Assembly (NCBI RefSeq): GCF_001949145.1
Contig: NW_019091358.1
Span: 682,961-746,960, forward strand
DNA from: Acanthaster planci
Taxonomy: Eukaryota
Length of the DNA: 64,000 bases
Reading direction: 5' to 3'
The notes beneath the pieces are model-generated. The model was not told the DNA's origin and searched no databases. It worked only from the letters and a program-made list of their open reading frames with translations. Numbering within the stretch: position 1 is the stretch's first letter; every line of letters starts with the position of its first letter. The translations under genes were made by a program, and so were the position numbers. This document shows, piece by piece, positions 26,001-38,000 of this stretch.

Positions 26001-29000
26001 GCTAGAGATACTGGTAGGCATACTTGTATTTATGGGTTCGCATACGAAGAGTCTTAGCAGAAGTTATCTCCAGGCGCAAAAGATACAAATCAGTACCTAG
26101 CACCAGGTTGCTATGGACTGAAAGGCTTGCTTGTCATGGAGCCAGTCATCAACAGGTTCTTGGGCTTGAACTGTCATCCATGTGTCTGTACCCTGCTATT
26201 TAAAACTTAACTGGGAATTTTGGATTTTTTTCGTTTTTTGGTTTTTTTTTACGAACAAGGAGGTTTTATAATAATCAGGCCCCACAGAACCATGCTGTCT
26301 GTAGATAAACTTAGATTTCCTTTTCTGTGATCTCTGTTTAAGAACTTATTGTCGCAATTTAATAAACTTCCTTTGAATGACGTAGATTTACATGTACATA
26401 CACTTGCGGCTGGATGAAAAGGAAACTTGAATTTTGCCAGATAACTCAGATGTGTGAGAATTATCTGCTTCTTCAATTCGTTTGCTTTTCATTCAGTTTC
26501 TATAGATTACACTCTTTTTCAAAAATAATGTACGGTGTATATTTTGTTAATTTCATTTGTTTAAATCATCCTCATACTTACATATCTGTTTTCCATTTTT
26601 CTTCTTTCCCTCTGTTTGCATCTCGTCAACTTTGGGCAAATGCTCAACACTCATTTGTACAACTCATGATGCCATTTCCACCGTAACTGCTTCACGCTGC
26701 AAAACTCACGTTGTGAAACTCCTCAAACGCTGTCTGTTCCATCGTTGTGCCGTGAACTTATCCTGTGTCACCTCCATACCACGGAACTCATTAATTCTAC
26801 GAAACTCAATTTCACGTGTGTTCAAAACTCACCATGCTTGTAACTTCCTGTGCTGTGAATGGAATTACCCATTTGTGCCTGTCTGTGGGGATGTGGAACT
26901 CTTCTGAACTTGACACTCGCCTGGCCACCCACAACTACTCACAACTCACAACATGACAACTCAGGACAATACTCGTGTTGTGAGTCCTATCATCGATGTC
27001 ATCAACTTGGATTCCTTTAAATACATAGGTGCTTCTCCCGATCTTCGAGGAGGTAAAACTCAATCATTTCTCAAACACATTGATGGTGCATCGTTCTTTT
27101 TTATAATATTTCATATTGTCACCGACTGGGGACCAATTTAACCAGAACTTCACCTGTTTTATTTTATAACACCTCACCCACAGATTCTATATCTTGATTG
27201 GCCGAGAGGAAGTCACATGGCATTCGCTATGTTTGCCATCTTGCTTTTCATGGCCAAAAAAATATACCTGTAACAACCAAAATACTGTTCCTGTAGCAAC
27301 CAAAGAACTTTATTCATGCCCATTGGCATTATGCGCAAATACATACTCATGTGCACGTTCCGAGCATCCAAGTGCTATGGCTACAGAGCAGGGTTCAAAC
27401 ATCAGAGGTAGTTTGGAGAAGTACATGTACTAGTAATTTTTCAACCAATTTCTTATTCAAATAGACGTACCTATTATGATTAAATTAATCAGTTATTGCT
27501 TGAATTAAGCCCGAATCTGTGGGTGAGGTGTTATAAAACAAATATTGACTATATCCTGGTTCAGTTGAACTAGCCTCTCCCTCTGTGATCTACGGAGTGA
27601 GCATTCTGATTTCCCATGGCTTCACCTTGGGAAAATAAAGTGCTCTATGAATCACCTTGAAAAGCTAGTTTAACTACACTAGTTGAAGCAGTCAATATTT
27701 GTATGCTTCTCAGATATACATTCCATCTATCAATGCGCAGTCTTGTGAGTTAACCTGAAGTTGGTTTAGTTTAACTATGAGTTATTCTTTTTTGTGTCAG
27801 CTGAAATTGAGACTTGTCCCATCTGGAATCTTGTTTCAAATTACAAAAATCTGCACTCATTATATGAATCAATTACATGTTGACAGGCCTTTGCGAGATA
27901 TCTGTTTATGCACAGAAAACACTTGTCAGTTATGTCAACATGTCACCTCCACCATTTTATGCGATGCCAGAATCGCTTCATTTCAAATCTTTCCCTGTGA
28001 GGTGTGTTTGATTTCAGCTTGCTTTGCTAGCTGAGAACATTGCAAATTCAAGGTGACCAGGCGTTGACAGATTTATTCAAAGAAAAGCAAGTCATGGTGC
28101 TCATTTTTTTTATACAACGAAATCTGAGTGGAGAGGGTGTTTATGAGAGCAATCTATCCACCGTATCCTTTGGAGCTTGTGGAGCCATTTTGATGGAGGC
28201 TGAGCTCAAATTTCCAACTCCTTATTCCTCCACAATGAGATCCCAGATGACATTTCATGAGCTTTTTTATCACTTGAAGAAACCTCCTCATGAAAAAAAA
28301 GCATAAAATCACTTCAATCAGAGTGACGAACAGAAGTCTGGGATTCTCTTAAAGTGAGAATGGGGTAACATGAACCCTAAGAAAAATAGAGAGTCAATAA
28401 TCACAATGATCTCATCAGAACTCGGAGGCAGGTGCTTAGATCAGGTTTCAGAGGCAGGTTGTAAAGGCATTCAAGTACACGAGGTGGGTTTTTTGTTTGT
28501 TTTTGGTTGGGTTTTTTTTTCAGAGTTGCATGTTGGATGTACCCCTCTGAACCCATCAAAGGAGACATATTTTCAATCTTGATTTTGGCTGCTTCAGCTT
28601 CAAATGTAGAATTTTTTTTAAAGGTCTACCGGTATGTTAAAAAATGTGTAGGAAACATATATGCAAAGAAGTGTGAAGTTTCCCTTCTCTCAGACCAGAG
28701 AAATAATTTTGTCCAGGAATTTTCCGAAGGAGGTTTAGAGGAGAAAATCAGCAAAAATGAGGGATTCAGGATTACCCGCCCACAATTTTTGCACTGGATT
28801 GTGGAAATTTCTTTTTAATATATTTTGGCTATTGAAATTTTTTATTTCTCTCATTAAGTGCTATGGTTGATTGCTCCTGGCAAATGCATACATCTGTCTC
28901 AACTGCATGCTAAATAATAAAAAGGGGAAAGCCTGTCATAGTGTTGATGTTACAATTTGGCTTCTACCTGTATAGACCCACAGGTAGACTGATCCATGAA

Positions 29001-32000
29001 TCATTGTCTGGTCTAGCACACTTAGGAAGGAAATCCTCGGCATATCGAAGGTTCGGGTTCAGCAGCTTTCAGTGAGCCCTACCTGTGTATAACCTGGAGT
29101 CTGCCTGGTTATCTTTTTGTATTCATTAGAGTTTGGTTTTAAGGTACCGTACTCTGTAAGTTTTATTCAGGCTTTGAGCTAATTATAAGGTAGTGTGGCA
29201 TGCCCGCAAGTTTTTTCCTCTTTGGGTCTCACAACACTCTTTGAAATCTATGTAAGAACTTTCTACAAAGATTTTCAACGTGTACCTTGTAAAATATTTT
29301 AAAGGAGTTGGGCTGGTGGGTTACATGTGGGTGTTTTTATGCAATAATATCTGCTTTAGTGTCAGATCAGTTCTGAGAATACTACGAATGGTTGATATCA
29401 TGTTTCTGTAGGTTTTTTTTAAATTTTCTAAAGGAAAAAGCAGGGTTTTTTTTTAAATTAGAATTTCAAGAAATTATTGCAAGTCTAAGGAACTGAATCT
29501 TTTGAAGCTAATTACTAAACTGACAGAACTTTTTAAAGGTGGACTTAATCGTAATTACAGAGCAGCCAAAGAACATTCAAATTTTATTTTGCTAAAATTT
29601 CCAATCTAAACCTGATATGGACAAAAGTAGCCAGAATTTCAAAATCCCACTTAGAGTTGTATTCAGTGGTTTTAGATAAAGTGAGACTGTGACTGCTGCT
29701 TGCGACTGCTGCTCAAGGGTAATGTTGTTTTTTCCAAGGAGAAAAAGAAACATTGTGATTATTAAGTTTCTTTTTACTTTTTAATGTCATGGGGAAAATC
29801 GGACAGTTTTGAGCACCTTGACTTCCCGACAGGTCCTACAGACTGAAGTAATGTTATCCTACTTCATCAGTGCCACATCATTAATACCTTCTACACAGTT
29901 GGGTCAGTAAAATGTATGTACTTAGCGCAAGTACACCCATACTTACTCCATAGTTAAGGGGACTTCACACTCGTTGAAATAAAGTATTATGGAGACAGTT
30001 TTTATCCCCAGAACTCTGTCCCAAATTTGCTGACAAATTGTCCCCTAAAACTGAGGCTGGCCTGAGCGATCATGCCCTGTTTGTGAAAAAAGTGCAATTT
30101 ACATACATCCTTTCTTTAACGTGTTGAGTTGGTTTGGTCCGCAGGTTTTGATTGGAGCCTACACTTTAAATGGGAGCACATGCCAGTGGATCAGAGGTCA
30201 AGGAGAAAAAACTCTATCGAGCCAATCAGGTGGGTATGTTCATCCAATCAGCTGATGGGATCATTCCATGTAGGTTCATTAGGCACTCGCACCCAGTCAG
30301 ATAATTTCTTTAGAGAACACTTGCATACATTTCTACCCGTTTCCCAAATGTTGCTTCTTTGTCAGTTGTGTGCCACAGGCCATGACTACTTTACCCCCGC
30401 GGTGGAAAGCTATGCGTGGTGGTAATTTCATGCCAACACAATACAAAACACTGAAACTAAATGTTTTCTTCATTCCTATACTTCTAAACTACCAGCGTGT
30501 CTAATGCCCAGTGCAGGAGACACTTCTGTGACCTGCAAAAAGAACAGTTTCATCTCAACAGGGTTTCTTTCAGGTGTGCATGTTGTGCATGTAAACAGTG
30601 CTGTTGAGGAATGCAGTTTTCACCACCAACATCCTTTGTGAAGAGTGTATTAGTTTATGCAGAAGTGCCAAAAGCAACAGACAAAGAAAGTTAATGACCT
30701 TGCGGCGTTGACTCAGTTTTTGGCTCTGTTTCTGACATTTAAACTGCTTGTAGGCCAATACTTCTCAAAGAAAATTCCATGGTTTCTCTTCAGCACCTGC
30801 ATCCGAAAATATGCACAGAATGCATTTTCTGGTTTTAAATTATTTATCAAAATGTGATTTTTTTCATTGCAATTTTAGTCCGATCTTACTCATTAGTCTG
30901 GATGGCAGCGAGGTGGCAGCGGTGTAAAAGCCTTGTTAAGAAATTAACCCCCTCCCCCCACAATGTTAGACCAGCGCTTTGATTTCTAAAAATTCTCCCA
31001 ACTTTCAAACATTAAGTGTTCCCAGGTCTACTCTATACTTGTTTGCAGAAAATGAGGTCTTTGTACACCTACCTCATTATTTTTTAATTTAGAGTTTCCC
31101 GACTTGTTCAGACTCAGTGGGAAAAAAAAAGAAAAAGCACAGGCCTCCTTGAACTTTTCGAAAAGTTCTGATAAGAAACTGGGAATTACATGTACTTTAA
31201 TGTGGACTGAATAAAAGAATGTACCTCTGGGCTAGTACCACACAGTTTGATGCTACACTATCAAAATATGATTTCTGTTTTGAGTGAAAACTCCAAGGTC
31301 AGGGATGAAAATCAGTTGAAAGAAATCAGTAATTCTGATGTGCAGCTGAGGTTCCTTTATAATTTCACTGGTCTTCCAGCACATCAGTGTCCAGTGCCCA
31401 GTATTTTAGCCTAGAGGCAGGCACGGTAATCACATTCAAGGCAGAGCTCACTTATCCTGGCCACAGCCTTGGTCAAGCTTCCGTTGCCGACAAATCAAAT
31501 CATGCAAATTGTAAATATTTCCAGTCTCCCAGTAACCCACTTTCCTGGTCTCCACATGTGACCTTTGCACCGTAGTGATATGCATGACCTGCATTTGCCT
31601 TATCATATGCAGAGGCATAGCAACCAGAGGGGAGGGGGGTGCAGTGTGGCACCCTCCCCCCCCAAATAATTAATTCCAGTCGACAAATAGTGCATTGGTC
31701 TGCAAATGAATCTAAAATCGGTACATAAATAAAAGAAGTTGGCCATCAGCATTTCCCCTGAAGCATGAAATATACCATTTACATTTTACACAAGTTACAC
31801 AAGTTGGTAAATTGCATGACACACCCCCCCCCCAGAAAATGCCTTCACTACACTCCTGATCATATGCAATATTGTCAATGCATGTCACTCCTTTCTAGAT
31901 CAAGTTGTGGACAATTCTGGTACATTTACATGTACTCAGTGCCCTTTCATGAACATATATGTAATTACAAACACGCAAGTGCTCAATCTTATATGGCGTG

Positions 32001-35000
32001 CCTGGTGTGTGGATTTTTTAGTGAGCAATCATTCAAATTTCTTGTAGCTGCAAACTGTGCACCAGTTCTTGTAAGATCAAATGTTTATTTGGACAAGGAA
32101 ATCATGCTTAAATGGCCCCAAATGAATCATTTACTGCAATACCAACATGTTAAAATGCCACTTTTCCCACCACTTCACACTCAACGTGCGTATTGTCCCT
32201 CATGACATGCAGTGAATCTAGATCTACTGGTGGGTCCACTGTACTTTTGTCCAGGGCATAAAACTAAAATAGGCTCACCAAAATGGTGTACAGACATCAG
32301 GAGATATTGTTAGGGTATAAGTGCCGTGAGAGTGCTTGGTTTGGGGTATAATCCACTCGGTGTCAGTTTCCTGCCAAGCTACTTTGGATGTTTCTTTCAG
32401 ATGAAACTGAATCTTGCCATGATAGTCAATTGGCTGAATGACCTGCTGAAATCTAATAATGTTTGAGAGTGCAGACAGGAGGGAACCTGCTGTGCTTGGA
32501 ACTTGAAACAAAATAAATCAAGTTGGCAATCAAGATCTTTTTCTGGGGTTTGTGAAAAAGGAGAAGATGCCATAAATATGACATTGATGTTAGATAATAA
32601 CCCTTTTGCAAATTAAATTTGAATAAAACCTGATACTCCGAGTTCTTCAAATTCCCTTGAACATATAACAGGTTGAATTCTTCATAGTGGAGACACTGTT
32701 GCTATGCCTCATGTTTCGGGGCATGCTTTTGCTTAGTTACCTAACCCTCATTGCATTGAGTTCGACTCCATGAAAGAGCGACGTCTGAAACCAAGTTGCT
32801 CTGGTGTCGTTCCGAGCACCTTCAAGTGACGATCTTTCGCCTGCTGGCACTCCTGGTCACTCCTTATTGTTTCAGACATTCAACTTTTGCTGTACTTAAT
32901 TCAGAATTTCCTTTTAATTTGGTTCGGTGCCACTCTAAAGTGCCTGTCTGAAACGGATGTAAGAAATGCCTTGCACCAATACACTTTTTTCAATGGATAA
33001 GAAGGGCACAGAGGAACCAGTCCATTTCCAGAGATGGTGGCAGCTATGCTAAGTTTGCCCAGAAACACGAGGTATAACAGCATCTTTAGTCTAGGAAATT
33101 CAAATTGTTATGTTGATGTGCAGTCAGATAACTCAGTGTACTAGATTTTATTCAGATTGTAGTCTACTCTCAAAAGGCTTATTGAAGGCTTTTTATTACA
33201 GGCCTCCGTCAGTGCAGTGTAGAACATAAGGCTTTCACTTTAATACATGTAAGAAACAATAGTGAGTCTTCCAGAACCGGTTTGAGAAATTTGGGGAGCG
33301 GTGAGGGAGCGGAGACCTCTAGACTGAAGTTTGGTCCATTGCCTCCTCTCCTTCCTTTGTAGAATTTTGCCTGCTACTTGTTTGAGTAAAAAGAATCTCC
33401 AGTGTGTGACGTTTATCATGATAATTGGTGTATTTTGTAGTTGTTGCATTGATTTAGTTGGCTTGGTGCATAGGGTCAGGCAGTGGAGGAAATTAAAAGA
33501 GTCACCAGACAGAAGTTAAATAAACAAAGAATTCCAAATAGGATGGGCTCATTTGAATTGCTCAAATCTATCCCGGAGTGGAAATATTTGGCCTCCTTCA
33601 CATTTTTCAATGACAATATTTTGAAGGGAAATCAGCTATTTTAAATTTAATTTCTGGAAATGGTTTTGCAACTAATGGGGGCCATACAGCAGTGAAGATT
33701 GTGGACTGGGTTTGACCATTGATTTATGGGGGATGTATTTAAAGTTGAAGCTGAAATTCCAGTGGCTTGTTGATTTCCATTTTAACAGCATTTGCTTGGG
33801 GGGGGAATTGTCTGTCACTGTTTAAAGAGGATTTCATTTCTTTCAATTATTTTTACTAATTTCATTTACGGCTTGTTTTCTTTAACAAAAAGGACACCCA
33901 TGATTGCAGGTGGACTGTTTGTCATAAATAAAGGCTGGTTCAACAAGCTCGGGAAATACGACACCGAGATGAACATATGGGGAGGGGAAAACTTTGGTAA
34001 GTGCCGGTACCAGACTGAGCCTCTGCTCTCTCTCTCTTGAGGGTCTAACCAGCGTGTGCATTTGGGAATTTTAGTCATCTTTCGGAAGTGATTAATAATC
34101 TGCATTTGAAATGTGCATTCCAAAGACATTTGACAGAGCGGAAGTTTATGATCCATCCAAACATTCCTGTCAATGCTACGTGCACGATAAACCAACGGGC
34201 ACATTCTTTCAGCATTCCATCAGGTTGTGGTGGCTTTTTTGGTTAGTTGAAGACAGGGGTCCCTTGTGAAATCAGAAGCTTACCTTTAAAATTGAAAGCT
34301 GGTAAAAATCCTCTGCAGATCACTTGGGAAAAAAGCCTGCGTTGGCTGCTTGTCTCTCAGTTCTCTCCACTGACTAATTTATTGTTATTTGGGCAACTGG
34401 GCTGACCCAAAGTCTAAGATGAAAAAGCTGATAGAGAACTATAGTCCTGCCAGGAGATGATTAGCATAAAACATGCATGGTTTCTTGAATAACGGGAGAA
34501 ATTTCAAGCGTTCTGAATGCAAGTGCTAACCACTTGCTGAGTGGAATTACATGTAACCTCTTTTTTTTTTTAATTAGTGCTGTGGACTGGTTTAGGAAAA
34601 TTTCTGAAAGTCAACTTTGAGTGTCACCTTCACTGAAACAAGAGATTTTAATGTTTTTAAACAGTTCAACAGTTTGTTGGTGATGAGTGGCTTGATTGAT
34701 GTTCAAGGCTATTCATGGTTTCAAAGGCAATTATTTGTGTACAAATTCATTTACATTTATGTGAGGCAAATTTCTCATGAGGCAAATGAAAATGAAGCAA
34801 TGAGGCAAAGGAATATTTTTTTCAAAAATGGAGTGTTGAAGTTGCATGCAGTTGAACTGTAAACAGGAAGATAATTATAAAGTGGGGATGGAGGATACTT
34901 TAATATTTATTGTGTGGTTGTATAATTATTCCTCAGTTATGGTCAGTAGAGGGCAGTGTGCCAGGTAACTTTGATATTGTTCAAGATATTCCAAGTATCT

Positions 35001-38000
35001 TTACCCCCGAAAAAAGTTTGCTTTCTAAGATTCATGGGTGGACTTAGGATAGTTTGGTTTTTCAACATCAAGACTGTAAGTTCTAGAGGCCAGTAACTGA
35101 AAAGCAAGCTATCTTTATTGACTTTGATTACTTTAGGAAAGTTACAGGAAACGAATTAGTGACTCGCCGAATATCACTCAAAGCGAGAAATTATATTTCT
35201 TTTCACTTTTGTGTTCTTCCAGAAATTTCTTTTCGCGTGTGGCAGTGTGGTGGTAGCCTGGAGATCATACCCTGTAGTCGAGTGGGCCATGTATTCCGCA
35301 AGAAGCATCCGTACACTTTCCCTGAGGGGAATGCCAACACCTACATCAGGTACACTGCCCCCTCATTGACATGTATTCGGGGCAGGAACATACACTTTAA
35401 TGCTCATAATGAGATACAGAAGGTTAATTTGCCGTACCTCATACGTATTCATGATCAAGAGCCAAATTCTCAGTCGTCTGTTCACCATCATATGTCAGTC
35501 ACTATTTTGCTGTTGTACATGCTAAGATCCACGCATGGGCATCAATCGATGGGGGACGGGGGGCATGTCCCCCACCCCCCACTTAATACTATGTCAACTG
35601 TCCCCTCCCCACTTTTTTTCCAAAATCTAAATGAAAATGTATAGCTTGCAAAAGCATTTGTTAAAAAACTGGCTAAAATAGCCAAGAATTGCGTCATATC
35701 ACACCAAAGAGCATTTATACTCCAAAATTTTCCGCGGCCCTTGAGCAGGCCCTGGACTCCACGCCGGTCACATCTTCGCTCTTTGCACTCGCGTTTGTTC
35801 TGATCAGGGCTATGGCCCCCCTTCCCCACTTCTCAAAACGGAGTGACGCCCCTTGGACACTCGCACCCTCAGAAATGTTCTCCCCAGGAGCAGTTCAGTG
35901 ACACTGTAACTAGGTGAAGCATGCATATGCAAGCTATGCATGTTTGCAGTACCTGCTGCTACATCTGGCTCTGACTTGCCAGTTTATCCCAGCAAGCACG
36001 GTGGTTGAGTGGTTAAAACGTCTGCACTAGTAGGGAGGAGGTCATGGGTTTGAGTCCAACCTGAATGAGCTTGTGAATTTTTTTGCAAGCTCCCGGACAA
36101 ACACTGAGTATATTGAATATACCTTGGTGTACATGTAAGGGCAAAACCTGTCGTTACAAAAATGAACACAAATGAATACGCAAAAGCAAGTTGCACTGGA
36201 GAAGGCTTAGCTGCCTTTCCCTTGCTACTGACATTTGATGGCAACGGAATATATCTGAGGTTTGGTAAAACAAATATAACAATTTATTTCAGGTGGATTG
36301 GAAATTGGCAAACTGGCTCTTCCAACATCCCAGGGAGATAACACTGACTGACCACCTTCAAACCATCATAACCTTGTTACATCAGTTTATTGACCTCATA
36401 TTCGATTGGACCCAAGTGCACCCTTCAGCAGTCCGTTTTGTAGTTTTGCACAGAAGACATTAATCCGTCATGCTTTTAAATATTCTTGGTACAAGTGTTG
36501 TTTAAGGGATAGACACCTGCAAGCAAAACCCACACTGCACTTGGGCGTGCATATTAGGGTTGTGCCAAATATTTGATCGATCATCGAATATTTGAATGTT
36601 ATTTTCCAAATTTGAATATTCAAATGCAAAATTCCTGAAAAAGAAGGGAGAATTTTCTTTTGTTTTAAATGAGAAAATTTGTTTTAAGCAGATTCAAATG
36701 AAAAGCAACAGAAATCTTACAATTCAAAAAGTAAATTATTCATTAAAAATTCAGAAGGAATAGAAATTTTCAACAGGGCAAGAAGTAATGTTCGTCTCTT
36801 AAATCTTGCTAAATCGTGACTGAAGATATTATGTTGATTATAATTTACAATTGTGTGTGTTAATGCAACTGATTTTGTATATGGTTTAATCATCAACAAT
36901 CTGCTGATTTAGAAGATCGATTCAGATATTCGATCGAATTGAAGGTCGAATATTCAAATAGTGAATTATTCGAATTAACTCAGCCCTAGTGCATATTGTG
37001 CTAGTTGAACCTTGGTATATCAGGAAGCGTAGTTATTGGTATACAGTGAGCAGTTGGTGCCTAAAAACCCAAACATTGAAACAGGTAGGCATGGCACAAA
37101 TTTTACCCTGGTTGTTTTCCTTTTTTCTTTTGCACTGGCATGCAGAGTTCAGGTAGGTTCCTTTTTTATGTTTTATTTATTTTTATTTTTTTAGCGGGAG
37201 CAAGGACAATACTGTTACCCTGATGACGCAGACAGGTTGAGTAGGAAATAAATCTCTCTCAAGCGTTTGTCAAGCACTTTAATAAACTCACCAACAATAC
37301 CATCCACCTGCCAGGCGACCGGTCAATCTGCACATTCCTGTCTTGCTTACAGTCTGGTGAGAAAGACTCAGACAAAACCCTGTTCATCTCTGAACTCCGC
37401 TGAGGAGCTCAGCCTCATCGTAGCCTGTCATGGCTCCAGTGAGACAGGGTTCAAGTCTGGTATCCTGACCCACATTAATCACTGTTCTGTCTAGCTTATC
37501 CATCAATCTGTCTCCACCACAGCAGGTGTATTTGGCTTTGGCAATTATACTTAAATTAAAGCATATCAGGCAACACTTCAGTATAGTCCTTCACTGAGCT
37601 ATACTTTTACTTTTGAGCTGTCCTACAAGCTGGAAAACCAGTGTTTTTTGACAGTGCTTTCCCAAAGTATTGAATGGGAGTAATTGTATGTGTTCATCAG
37701 AGAGATGGCAATGTGGATCATTTTAAGAGTGATTTGACTTTAAAAGACTTAAAGAAAAGAGCATACCAAAGAGCCTCCTTAATTCACAGGTGTTGCAGTA
37801 ACGCGCGGAGTGACACATTTGCACAGTGTTTTGAACAGCATTGCCCATTGGAGCAAATCATTTACGCTGGCTTTGATTTCTGTCTGCAGAAATACGAGAC
37901 GAACAGCGGAAGTGTGGATGGATGACTACAAACAGTACTTCTACAATGCTAGGCCTTCAGCTAGGGGAAAACCATTTGGGAAGTAAGACACTCATTTATG

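Noticed and set aside
24877..26654. Long-range pairing GTGAGTGTTGA (24877-24887) with TCAACACTCAT (26644-26654) as a docking-site/selector pair looping out exon A
   Set aside because: A 10-11 bp complement is expected by chance between introns of this size; it needs conservation evidence.
35992..36075. tRNA gene
   Set aside because: The A and B boxes are degenerate, I cannot build a clean cloverleaf, and it continues into a SINE-like body.
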